Part shown: positions 10,350-18,398 of the stretch, one piece after another
Position numbering within the stretch: the stretch's first letter is position 1
Layout: each line of letters begins with the position of its first letter
Assembly (NCBI GenBank): GCA_039714075.1
Contig: JBDLKA010000001.1
Location: 64,001-128,000, forward strand
Source of the DNA: Candidatus Krumholzibacteriota bacterium
GTDB lineage: Bacteria; Krumholzibacteriota; Krumholzibacteriia; LZORAL124-64-63
Direction of reading: 5' to 3'
DNA: 64,000 bases
Notes under the pieces: model-generated
The model's input: the letters and a program-made list of their open reading frames with translations, nothing else
What the model was told of the DNA's origin: nothing
Database searches by the model: none
Program-made: the position numbers and the translations under genes

Positions 10350-11254
10350 CGCCTTCCGCCTGGGACCAGGCCCTGGACAATTTCCTGGCCCACTGCGGCG
10401 CGGAAAAGGGGCTGGCCGCGGCCAGCCTGGAGGCGGCCCGTTTCGACCTGGCCCGGCTGCGGAAGTGGGCCGAAGCGGAGGGCATCGGCGGTCCCTTGGC
10501 GATCCGCGACAAGCATCTGCGGGCCTTTCTCCTGGAGTCCGCCGGTGAGCTCGCCGCCACATCGCGGGCCCGTCTCCTTTCGACCCTGCGGGCATTTTTC
10601 AGGTTTCTCATGTCCGAGGGCCTGACGGACATCGATCCCACCAGCACGCTCATCGCCCCCCGGCGGGGCCGGAAACTTCCCCCGGTACTGACTCTCAAGC
10701 AGGTCGTCAGGCTGATCGAGGCGGTGGACGGAGCACGCCCCGCGGACCTGCGTGACCGCTCCATCCTCGAAGTCCTGTACGGGTGCGGCTGCCGGGTCAG
10801 TGAACTTTGCGGACTTGACGTGACCGACCTCGATCGCTCCGAAGCCACCCTGCTGCTGCGGGGCAAGGGCCGCAAGCAACGCCTGGTCCCGGTGGGCGAA
10901 CCCGCCCTGGAGGCGATGGGCCTGTACCTCCGCGCCGGGCGTCCGGAACATCTGGGGAAAAAATCCTGCGCCGCCCTTTTTCTCAACCAGAGGGGCGGCC
11001 GGTTGTCGCGGGTTTCGGTCTGGAACCTGCTCAAGAAAGCCGGTGCGGCGTCGGGGATGCCCGAAGGCCTGTCACCCCACACCCTGCGCCACACCTATGC
11101 CACCCACCTGCTGGAGGGTGGGGCCGACCTCAGAATCGTGCAGGAACTGCTCGGCCACGCGGATATCGGCACCACCGAGATCTACACCCATATCGACCGG
11201 GCCTGGCTCACCGAGGCCTGGCTGGGGGCCCATCCGCGGGCCAGGGAAAAATAG
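10346..11254 (+). CDS. xerD: Tyrosine recombinase XerD
   Basis: RKLP..L, RDRSILEVLYGCGCRVSEL, GKGRKQRLVP, HTLRH.YATH, LLGHADI.TTEIYTH; precedes trpS-scpAB. Confidence 0.85.
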   Translation: MTPSAWDQALDNFLAHCGAEKGLAAASLEAARFDLARLRKWAEAEGIGGPLAIRDKHLRAFLLESAGELAATSRARLLSTLRAFFRFLMSEGLTDIDPTSTLIAPRRGRKLPPVLTLKQVVRLIEAVDGARPADLRDRSILEVLYGCGCRVSELCGLDVTDLDRSEATLLLRGKGRKQRLVPVGEPALEAMGLYLRAGRPEHLGKKSCAALFLNQRGGRLSRVSVWNLLKKAGAASGMPEGLSPHTLRHTYATHLLEGGADLRIVQELLGHADIGTTEIYTHIDRAWLTEAWLGAHPRAREK

Positions 11255-11289
11255 CCCGGACCGGGCCTCCGTCCCTTGAGCAGGGATCT

Positions 11290-11318
11290 TTGACATGGGG
11301 TCCCGCCGATGGTACTGT
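11290..11318 (+). promoter_or_regulatory. Sigma-70 promoter upstream of trpS
   Basis: TTGACA-17bp-TACTGT with extended TG. Confidence 0.6.
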
Positions 11319-11431
11319 TCCCCGATCATTTAAAGGCTTTCTACGGACGGGACACGGCGTTTCAGTGGTTGATCGCCTGGCTGCCAAACGGCTGGCGCCG
11401 GCCTCTTGCGGCGTCGGGAAGGGTATCGGAC

Positions 11432-12442
11432 TTGGATCAGGACAAAGCCAAAACTCCAGCCGGCCGGAAGGTCATCCTCAGCGGCATGCGCCCAACCGGA
11501 CGGTTGCACTGGGGCAATTACACGGGTGCCCTTGAAAACTGGAACAGGCTCCAGGAGGAGTACACCTGCCACTTCATGGTTGCCGACTGGCACGTCCTGA
11601 CCACGGCGCTGGACAAGGCCGCGGAGATCCAGGACAACAGCAGGCAGATGTATCTCGACTGGCTGGGGGCCGGGCTCGATCCCGAGAATTCGGTGCTGTT
11701 CATCCAGTCCCGGATCAAGGAACACGCGGAACTCTTTCTCCTGCTGTCCATGATGATCAGCATGGGCCGGCTGGAACGGAACCCGACCTTCAAGGAACAG
11801 ATCCGCGATCTGAACCTGGGCAATGAAATCAGTTTCGGACACCTGGGCTATCCCGTTCTGCAGGCCGCGGACATCCTCATGTACCGGGCCCACGCCGTGC
11901 CCGTGGGCGAGGATCAGCTGCCCCACCTGGAACTCACCCGGGAGATGGCCCGGCGTTTCAACCGGATTTTCGGTGACGTCTTTCCCGAACCGGAACCGCT
12001 GGTTACCAGATTCGCGCGCTTCCCCGGCACCGACGGCAAGCGGATGAGCAAATCCCTGGGCAATACCATCGAGATCTCAGCTTCCCCGGATGAGATCCGG
12101 CAGAAGATCAGGCCGGCCTTCACCGATCCCGCCCGACAGAGGAAATCGGATCCGGGGAACCCGGAAATCTGCGCCATCCATACCTGGTATCAGAAATTCA
12201 TGCCGGAAGCCGCCGAGGAAACCGCCCAGGAGTGCCGCACCGCGGCCCGGGGCTGTGTCGACTGCAAGATGAAGCTCGCCGACGGGGTCATCGAGCATTT
12301 CGCGCCCTTGCGGGAACGCCGGGCCGAGTTCGAGAAGGATCCCGTCAAACTCGATGAAATCATCCGCCACGGCTGCGAACGCGCCGGTGTGATCGCCGCC
12401 GGGACCATGGACGCCGTCCACGACGCCATGGGCATCGGTTGA
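11432..12442 (+). CDS. trpS: Tryptophan--tRNA ligase
   Basis: SGMRPTGRLHWGN (HIGH), YPVLQAADI, VGEDQ, RMSKS; frame is open back to ATG 11309. Confidence 0.95.
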   Translation: MDQDKAKTPAGRKVILSGMRPTGRLHWGNYTGALENWNRLQEEYTCHFMVADWHVLTTALDKAAEIQDNSRQMYLDWLGAGLDPENSVLFIQSRIKEHAELFLLLSMMISMGRLERNPTFKEQIRDLNLGNEISFGHLGYPVLQAADILMYRAHAVPVGEDQLPHLELTREMARRFNRIFGDVFPEPEPLVTRFARFPGTDGKRMSKSLGNTIEISASPDEIRQKIRPAFTDPARQRKSDPGNPEICAIHTWYQKFMPEAAEETAQECRTAARGCVDCKMKLADGVIEHFAPLRERRAEFEKDPVKLDEIIRHGCERAGVIAAGTMDAVHDAMGIG

Positions 12443-12465
12443 AAACGGAACGAGGTTCATTCAGC

Positions 12466-13380
12466 ATGGTGGACAACACCAACGAAGAGACAGCCAAGGA
12501 CGGGGGACCCGAATCCTGGAACCTGGAATCACTGCCGCCGGAGTTGGACTACTTCCGCTCCAGCGAGGCCTACCAGGTTGAATTGACCGGGTTCCAGGGA
12601 CCCATGGACCTGCTGCTGCACCTGATCGACCGGGAACAGGTGGACATCTACGACATCCCCATCTCCCGCATCACCGACCAGTTCATCCAGCACATCGAGA
12701 TCATGCAGACCATCAGCCTGGACAAGGCGGGCGAATTCATCGCCATGGCGGCCACGCTGATGGTCATCAAGATGAAGATGCTCATGCCTTCCCACACCGG
12801 CGACGAGGACGAGGACGAAGAGGATCCCCGCGCGGAACTGGTGCGGAAACTCCTGGAGTACCGGCGCTTCAAGGAAGCCGCGGAATCGCTTCAGAACCGG
12901 GAATCCGAAAGGCGCCAGTACCACCTGCGCAAGACCCGTTTCCCCTTCACCGAAGACCTGGATCTGGAGCCCAAACTCCGGATCGAGATGTATGATCTTC
13001 TTTCGGCCCTGGCCGGCATTTTCGACCGGATGCAGGCCCGCACCGTGCATGACGTCGTGCGCGAGGCCTTCACCGTCGAGGAGAAGATGTCGCTCATCGA
13101 GGAAAAGGTGGGGTCCGGCGGGACCGTCCGCTTCGAGGAGCTGTTCGCCGGCGATACGATCAAGATGGAAGTCATCGTCACCTTCATCGCCATCCTGGAA
13201 ATGGTCAAGCGGGGGCGGCTGCAGTTCATGCAGACCGAATCCGGAGGACCCATCTGGATCCAGCATCCCGGCGTTGACGAAGAGGTGGGCGAGCAGGTCG
13301 AACTGACCACCCTGGACGAGGACCACGCCACCGAACAACTGCCCGACGATACTGCCAACGAATTGGAGAACGAATCTTGA
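12466..13380 (+). CDS. scpA: Segregation and condensation protein A
   Basis: FQGPMDLLLHLI, DIYDIPI, DPRAELV..LLEY, VTFIAILE; alternative TTG start at 12439. Confidence 0.92.
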   Translation: MVDNTNEETAKDGGPESWNLESLPPELDYFRSSEAYQVELTGFQGPMDLLLHLIDREQVDIYDIPISRITDQFIQHIEIMQTISLDKAGEFIAMAATLMVIKMKMLMPSHTGDEDEDEEDPRAELVRKLLEYRRFKEAAESLQNRESERRQYHLRKTRFPFTEDLDLEPKLRIEMYDLLSALAGIFDRMQARTVHDVVREAFTVEEKMSLIEEKVGSGGTVRFEELFAGDTIKMEVIVTFIAILEMVKRGRLQFMQTESGGPIWIQHPGVDEEVGEQVELTTLDEDHATEQLPDDTANELENES

Positions 13381-14084
13381 AAAGGGAACTGGAAGCCCTG
13401 CTCTTCGCCACCGACAGCCCCCTGACCGCGGCCCGGCTGAAGAAGATCTTCCCGGAAGCCGAGACCGCGGATTTCAAGCAGCTGATCGGCGAACTGCAGG
13501 AGGAATTCGAATCTTCCGGCCATGCCTTCACCGTGGTCGAGTTCGGCGGCGGCTGGCAGATCGCCACCAAACCGGAATTCTCTCCCATCGTGGAAAAGCT
13601 GCTGAAGACCCGGCGGTTCACCCGGCTGTCCAAGGCGGGGCTCGAGGTCCTGGCGATCATCGCCTACCGGCAGCCCATCACCCGCCTGGAGGTGGATGAG
13701 ATCCGCGGGGTCAACAGCAGCGGCGCCATCAGCACCCTGACCGAACGCAATCTCGCAGCCGTGGTCGGGCGTTCCCAGACCGTGGGCAACCCCCTGCTTT
13801 ACGGCACCACGAGGGGATTCCTCAACCACCTGGGCCTTAAGGGACTGAACCAGCTGCCGGACCTGCCGGACATCGAGGGCGTCATGGCCGATCGTGACGA
13901 GTTGAAGGATTTCGCCAGCCAGGTCGGGCGCGATCTGTCCGAGGAGGAGTTGGAGGAATACTTCGCCACTCCCGAGGAAAACGACACTCCGGCGGACAAC
14001 GAACCGCCTACGGTTGAGGATGCTCCGGAAGATTCCCCTGAGGACACTCCTGAAGACACGCCCAAGGTCAACAGTGACTCATGA
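13377..14084 (+). CDS. scpB: SMC-Scp complex subunit ScpB
   Basis: LEALLF, LS.A.LEVLAIIAY.QPITR, IRGV, LYGTT..FL. Confidence 0.93.
   Translation: MKRELEALLFATDSPLTAARLKKIFPEAETADFKQLIGELQEEFESSGHAFTVVEFGGGWQIATKPEFSPIVEKLLKTRRFTRLSKAGLEVLAIIAYRQPITRLEVDEIRGVNSSGAISTLTERNLAAVVGRSQTVGNPLLYGTTRGFLNHLGLKGLNQLPDLPDIEGVMADRDELKDFASQVGRDLSEEELEEYFATPEENDTPADNEPPTVEDAPEDSPEDTPEDTPKVNSDS
14016..14063 (+). repeat. 4 x 12-bp degenerate coding repeat (EDAP-EDSP-EDTP-EDTP) in the ScpB tail
   Basis: gaggatgctccg gaagattcccct gaggacactcct gaagacacgccc. Confidence 0.8.
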
Positions 14085-14820
14085 CCAGGGCATGCGCCTG
14101 AACCGCTTCCTGGCCCGGGCAGGGCTGGGCTCCCGCCGTTCGGTGGAAAGCCTGGTCACCACGGGCAAGGTGGCCATCAACGGGAAAAAGGTCACCGAAC
14201 TGGGGCGCCGGGTCCTGATCGGATCCGACCAGGTCACCGTCGACGGACTGCCGGTTACCATACCCGAAGGCTTTCGGGTCTACGCCTTCCACAAACCCCA
14301 GGGTGTCGTTTCCACGCTGGGGGCCCAGGGCGGCCAGCCTTCCCTTTTACCCTACCGGCGTCAATCGGATCTGCCGGATCGTTTTATGCCTGTCGGACGC
14401 CTTGACTCGGAGACCACGGGGTTGCTCCTTTGGACTGATGACGGCATCCTCAACCAGGATCTCTGCCGGCCCCGGTCCGGACTCTGGAAAACCTACGAGC
14501 TCGAGCTCAACGAGGAAGTGAACCGGGACAAGATCAAGACCCTGACGCAGGGTGGCATTGAAATCGACGGGCGGCCCTGCCTGCCGTGCCGTTTGAAGAT
14601 GAAACCCGGCGGGACCACCCTGCATTGGGTCATGGAAATCCATGAAGGGCGCCGGCGTCAGATTCGCCGTATGTTTCGGGCTGTGGGGCTGCGGGTCCTG
14701 AAGCTTCACCGGGTCGCCGTCGGTCCGGTCAAGCTGGGCAACCTCCGTCCGGGCGATTTCCGCAAACTGGACCACAACGAGGTGGAAAAACTGCGCGGTC
14801 AGCTGGAAAGCGATAAATGA
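14074..14820 (+). CDS. rluB: rRNA pseudouridine synthase (RluB/RsuA family)
   Basis: S4 domain RLNRFLA..G..SRR, HKP.G, VGRLD..TTGLLL, EGRRRQIRRM; follows scpB. Confidence 0.85.
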   Translation: MTHDQGMRLNRFLARAGLGSRRSVESLVTTGKVAINGKKVTELGRRVLIGSDQVTVDGLPVTIPEGFRVYAFHKPQGVVSTLGAQGGQPSLLPYRRQSDLPDRFMPVGRLDSETTGLLLWTDDGILNQDLCRPRSGLWKTYELELNEEVNRDKIKTLTQGGIEIDGRPCLPCRLKMKPGGTTLHWVMEIHEGRRRQIRRMFRAVGLRVLKLHRVAVGPVKLGNLRPGDFRKLDHNEVEKLRGQLESDK

Positions 14821-15977
14821 TTCCATCCGACCCGCATCGTGTGGAGCGAAGGGAAGTGCCGATGGTTTTCAAGACGATGGATTTCAAAAGTCTTTTCCGT
14901 CCCGGGATCGTGGCCTCCAAACCCTACAGCCCGGGCCGCCCCATCGAGGAAGTCCAGCGCGAGCTGGGACTCGACCGCGTCATCAAGCTCGCCAGCAACG
15001 AGAACCCCGAAGGCCCCCTGCCCGCCGTGGTCGAGGCCATAAAAAAGGCCGCCCTGGAAATCAACCGCTACCCCGACGCGGCCTGCTATGAACTGACCCG
15101 GAAACTGGCGGCCCATCTGGGCGTGGAACCCGGTGCGCTGATTTTCGGCAACGGCAGCAACGAAGTCATCGACATCATGATCCGGGCCCTGGTTTCCCCC
15201 GGCGAAAACGTGGTGTTCAGCCACCACAGTTTCATCGTCTACCAGCTGACCACCAAGGTTCATTTCGAGTGCGGGAACCCGGTGCCCCTGACCGCAGACG
15301 ACAAGCACGATCTGGGCGCCATGGCCGCCGCGGTCAATGACCGGACCAAACTGGTCATTGTCTGCAACCCCAACAATCCCACCGGGACCTACAACACCCT
15401 GGACGAATTCAAGGCTTTCCTGGAAGAGATTCCGCCCAATGTGATCGTGGCTGTCGACGAAGCCTATTTCGAATATGTTTCGGCCACGGACTACCCGCAG
15501 ACCATGGCCCTGTTAAAGGATCATCCAAACCTTGTTCTTTTGCGGACTTTCAGTAAAATCCACTCACTGGCCGGGCTGCGGGTCGGGTACGGCATCGGCC
15601 ATCCCGATCTTATCGGCGAACTCCAGAAGACCCGCGAGCCCTTCAACGTCAACATGCTGAGCCAGGTCGCGGCCATGGCCTGCATCGACAACTGGCACGA
15701 GGTCGAAGGGCGGGCCCGGCGCAACCGGGAACAGCTGGAATGGATGGAAGGCGAGTTGGCCGCGCTGGGGCTCGAAGTGGTGCCCAGCCAGACCAATTTC
15801 ATTCTGGTCCGCACCCCCGGCAACGCCGGGGAATTGACCAAGGCCCTGCTGCACAAGGGCGTCATCGTCAGGCCCATGGATGCTTTCGGCCTGGGTGACG
15901 GGTCCCTGCGCATCAGCGTCGGACTGCCCGAGGAAAATCAACAGTGCCTGCAGGCACTCAAGGAGATCCTGTCCTGA
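14817..15977 (+). CDS. hisC: Histidinol-phosphate aminotransferase
   Basis: KLASNENP, RYPD, GNGSNE, NPNNPTG, DEAY, RTFSK..LAGLRVG. Confidence 0.9.
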   Translation: MIPSDPHRVERREVPMVFKTMDFKSLFRPGIVASKPYSPGRPIEEVQRELGLDRVIKLASNENPEGPLPAVVEAIKKAALEINRYPDAACYELTRKLAAHLGVEPGALIFGNGSNEVIDIMIRALVSPGENVVFSHHSFIVYQLTTKVHFECGNPVPLTADDKHDLGAMAAAVNDRTKLVIVCNPNNPTGTYNTLDEFKAFLEEIPPNVIVAVDEAYFEYVSATDYPQTMALLKDHPNLVLLRTFSKIHSLAGLRVGYGIGHPDLIGELQKTREPFNVNMLSQVAAMACIDNWHEVEGRARRNREQLEWMEGELAALGLEVVPSQTNFILVRTPGNAGELTKALLHKGVIVRPMDAFGLGDGSLRISVGLPEENQQCLQALKEILS

Positions 15978-16813
15978 TGGGCGCACCACAACCAGGAAAA
16001 TCAACACCCCTGGTCAGCAGGAAACCCGGCCAGGAGTCCACCGTCGTGGCCGTGGGCGACGTGCGGTTCGGCTCTGCCCGGGTCGTTCTCATCGGCGGTC
16101 CCTGTTCGGTGGAAGACCGGGAGCAGATGATCCGCACCTCGGCCCACGTGGCTGCTGCCGGGGGCGCCATGCTGCGGGGCGGCGCCTGGAAACCCCGCAC
16201 CAATCCCTACGACTTCCAGGGGCTAGGCCCCGCCGGACTGGAACTGCTGGCCGAGGCGCGGAAGGCCTCGGGCCTGCCGGTGGTGACCGAGGTCCTGGAT
16301 CCCCGGGACGTGGAACTGGTGGCCGGTTTCGCCGACATGCTGCAGATCGGCAGCCGCAGTATCCAGAATTTCCCCCTGCTGCGCGAAGTGGGGGCCAGCG
16401 GCAAACCCGTCCTGTTGAAGCGGGGGATGATGACCACGGTCAGCGAATGGCTCAGCTCGGCCGAATACGTCCTGGCGGCGGGGGGCGCGGATCTCGTCTT
16501 CTGTGAGCGGGGCATCCGCACCTTCGAACCGGCCCTGCGCAACACCCTGGACATCGGCTCGGTGGCCGTCCTCAAAGAGACCACCCATCTGCCCGTGATC
16601 GTGGACCCCAGCCATGCCTCCGGCGATGTGCGCTACGTGGGCGCCCTGGCCCGCGCCGCGGTCGCCGCCGGCGCGGACGGTCTGCTGGTCGAAACACATT
16701 GCACACCCGCCCAGGCCCGCAGCGACGCCGCCCAATCCCTTGATCCATCCCAGTTCGAAGACCTGGCCGAATCCTGCCGCGCCGTCGCCCGCGCCGTGGG
16801 CCGGGATCTCTGA
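15977..16813 (+). CDS. aroF: 3-deoxy-7-phosphoheptulonate (DAHP) synthase, type I-beta, catalytic barrel only
   Basis: GPCSVE, RGGAWKPRT, KPVLLKRG, ERGIRTF, DPSH, SDAAQ. Confidence 0.88.
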   Translation: MGAPQPGKSTPLVSRKPGQESTVVAVGDVRFGSARVVLIGGPCSVEDREQMIRTSAHVAAAGGAMLRGGAWKPRTNPYDFQGLGPAGLELLAEARKASGLPVVTEVLDPRDVELVAGFADMLQIGSRSIQNFPLLREVGASGKPVLLKRGMMTTVSEWLSSAEYVLAAGGADLVFCERGIRTFEPALRNTLDIGSVAVLKETTHLPVIVDPSHASGDVRYVGALARAAVAAGADGLLVETHCTPAQARSDAAQSLDPSQFEDLAESCRAVARAVGRDL

Positions 16814-16814
16814 A

Positions 16815-18290
16815 ATGGCCGCTCCCCTGACTGACGAATTCCCGCCCTTGGATCCCGGGTTGATGCCCCGGGACGCGGTCATCGCCATCGACGGTCCCGC
16901 CGGCTCGGGGAAATCGACCACCGCCCGCGCCCTGGCCGAAACCTTCGGACTCCTGTACATCGACACCGGCGCCATGTACCGGGCCCTGACCCAGGCCGCC
17001 CTCGGTGCGGGCATCTCGCCCGGTGACGAAAATGCGCTGGTCGATCTGCTGGTCCAGGCCCGTCTGGAACTCAAGCCGGCCAAGGGCGAAGTCACCGTGT
17101 TCTGGAACGGGAAGGACGTGTCCCGGGCCATCCGCACCCCCGAAGTGGAGTCCTCGGTTTCCCTGGTCAGCAGCCATCCATCCGTGCGCAGGAACATGGT
17201 GGAGCGCCAGCAGGCCATCGGGCGCCGGGGCGGCGTGGTCATGGAGGGCCGGGACATCGGCAGCGTGGTGTTCCCCCTGGCCACGGCCAAGATTTTCCTG
17301 TCCGCTTCCCTTGCCGCCCGGGTCGAGCGCCGGTTCAAGCAGTACCAGCAACGGGGCCTGCAGGTTTCCGTCGAGGACCTGCGGCAGGATCTGGCGGAAC
17401 GGGACCGGCAGGACAGCGAACGGGAAACCAGCCCGCTGATGGTGTCACCGGACGCCATCGTGATCGACAGCAGCGATCTGAACCTGGAACAGCAGAATGA
17501 GGTGTGCGCCCGGGCCTGCCTGCTGAACCCTTCGTTGGACCGGGATATCGACAACGACATGGAAACGGCGCGGCTGGAACTACCTTGGCACTACCGTCTG
17601 GCCTATACCATGTTTACCTCCGTGGCCCGCTTCTACGGGTTGCGGCAGGTCGGTAACGAGGGTGGCGCGCTGCCACGGGGATGCATCGTCGCGGTCAACC
17701 ACGTCAGCAACTGGGATCCGCCCCTGATCGGTTCGACCTTCTGGCGGCATCCGGTCCACACCCTGGCCAAGGCCGAACTGTTCAAAATCCCGCCCATGGG
17801 CGCCTTTTTCCGCTGGATCGACAGCATTCCCATCCAGCGCAGGGGCTATGATGCCACCGCTTTCAGCAATGCGGCCGAGCACCTGGCCGACGGTTCCAAC
17901 CTGCTGATTTTTCCCGAGGGTACGAGGCGGGCCATCGGCCATCCCGGCCCGGTGCGCAACGGCCTGGGGATCCTGGTGCAGGCCACCAGGGCGCCCACCC
18001 TGCCCATCTTCATCCGCGGCAGCTACGGCCGCCGGCCCGGGGGATCCCACCAATCCCCCCTGGAAGTCCATTACGGTCCGATTATCCGCTGGCACGGCCT
18101 GCCCGCCCTTCTGGAAACCCTGGACAAGAAGGAAGTCAGCCGCCGGATCGGGCATCTGTGCGAAGCCGCGTTCCGGGAACTCCAGGCCCGGTCATTCGCT
18201 GAAAAGCCCCAAACAGCCTTTGAAAGGGAATTGGGGGCCAAGCAGGTGAAGAAATTCGCCATCCGCCAGCAGCAGGTTTTCGGCGGCTGA
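16815..18290 (+). CDS. cmk: Cytidylate kinase fused to a 1-acyl-sn-glycerol-3-phosphate acyltransferase (PlsC-like) domain
   Basis: IAIDGPAGSGKST, DTGAMYRA, EGRDIG, RD..D..R; then NHVSNWD and FPEGTR in the same frame. Confidence 0.9.
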   Translation: MAAPLTDEFPPLDPGLMPRDAVIAIDGPAGSGKSTTARALAETFGLLYIDTGAMYRALTQAALGAGISPGDENALVDLLVQARLELKPAKGEVTVFWNGKDVSRAIRTPEVESSVSLVSSHPSVRRNMVERQQAIGRRGGVVMEGRDIGSVVFPLATAKIFLSASLAARVERRFKQYQQRGLQVSVEDLRQDLAERDRQDSERETSPLMVSPDAIVIDSSDLNLEQQNEVCARACLLNPSLDRDIDNDMETARLELPWHYRLAYTMFTSVARFYGLRQVGNEGGALPRGCIVAVNHVSNWDPPLIGSTFWRHPVHTLAKAELFKIPPMGAFFRWIDSIPIQRRGYDATAFSNAAEHLADGSNLLIFPEGTRRAIGHPGPVRNGLGILVQATRAPTLPIFIRGSYGRRPGGSHQSPLEVHYGPIIRWHGLPALLETLDKKEVSRRIGHLCEAAFRELQARSFAEKPQTAFERELGAKQVKKFAIRQQQVFGG

Positions 18291-18306
18291 TTTCCCCTCG
18301 GTATCC

Positions 18307-18335
18307 TTGCCAATATTGAACTTGCCCACTATATT
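18307..18335 (+). promoter_or_regulatory. Sigma-70 promoter for rpsA
   Basis: TTGCCA-17bp-TATATT. Confidence 0.65.
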
Positions 18336-18398
18336 CTCCAGTCTGCCGGGGACCGAGTGGTCCCGGCGTATTCATCTGTCACTAGGAGGCAACCTTTC

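Noticed and set aside
420..11254. The two tyrosine recombinases as phage or ICE integrases
   Set aside because: Size, motifs and housekeeping context fit XerC and XerD; there is no cargo or att site
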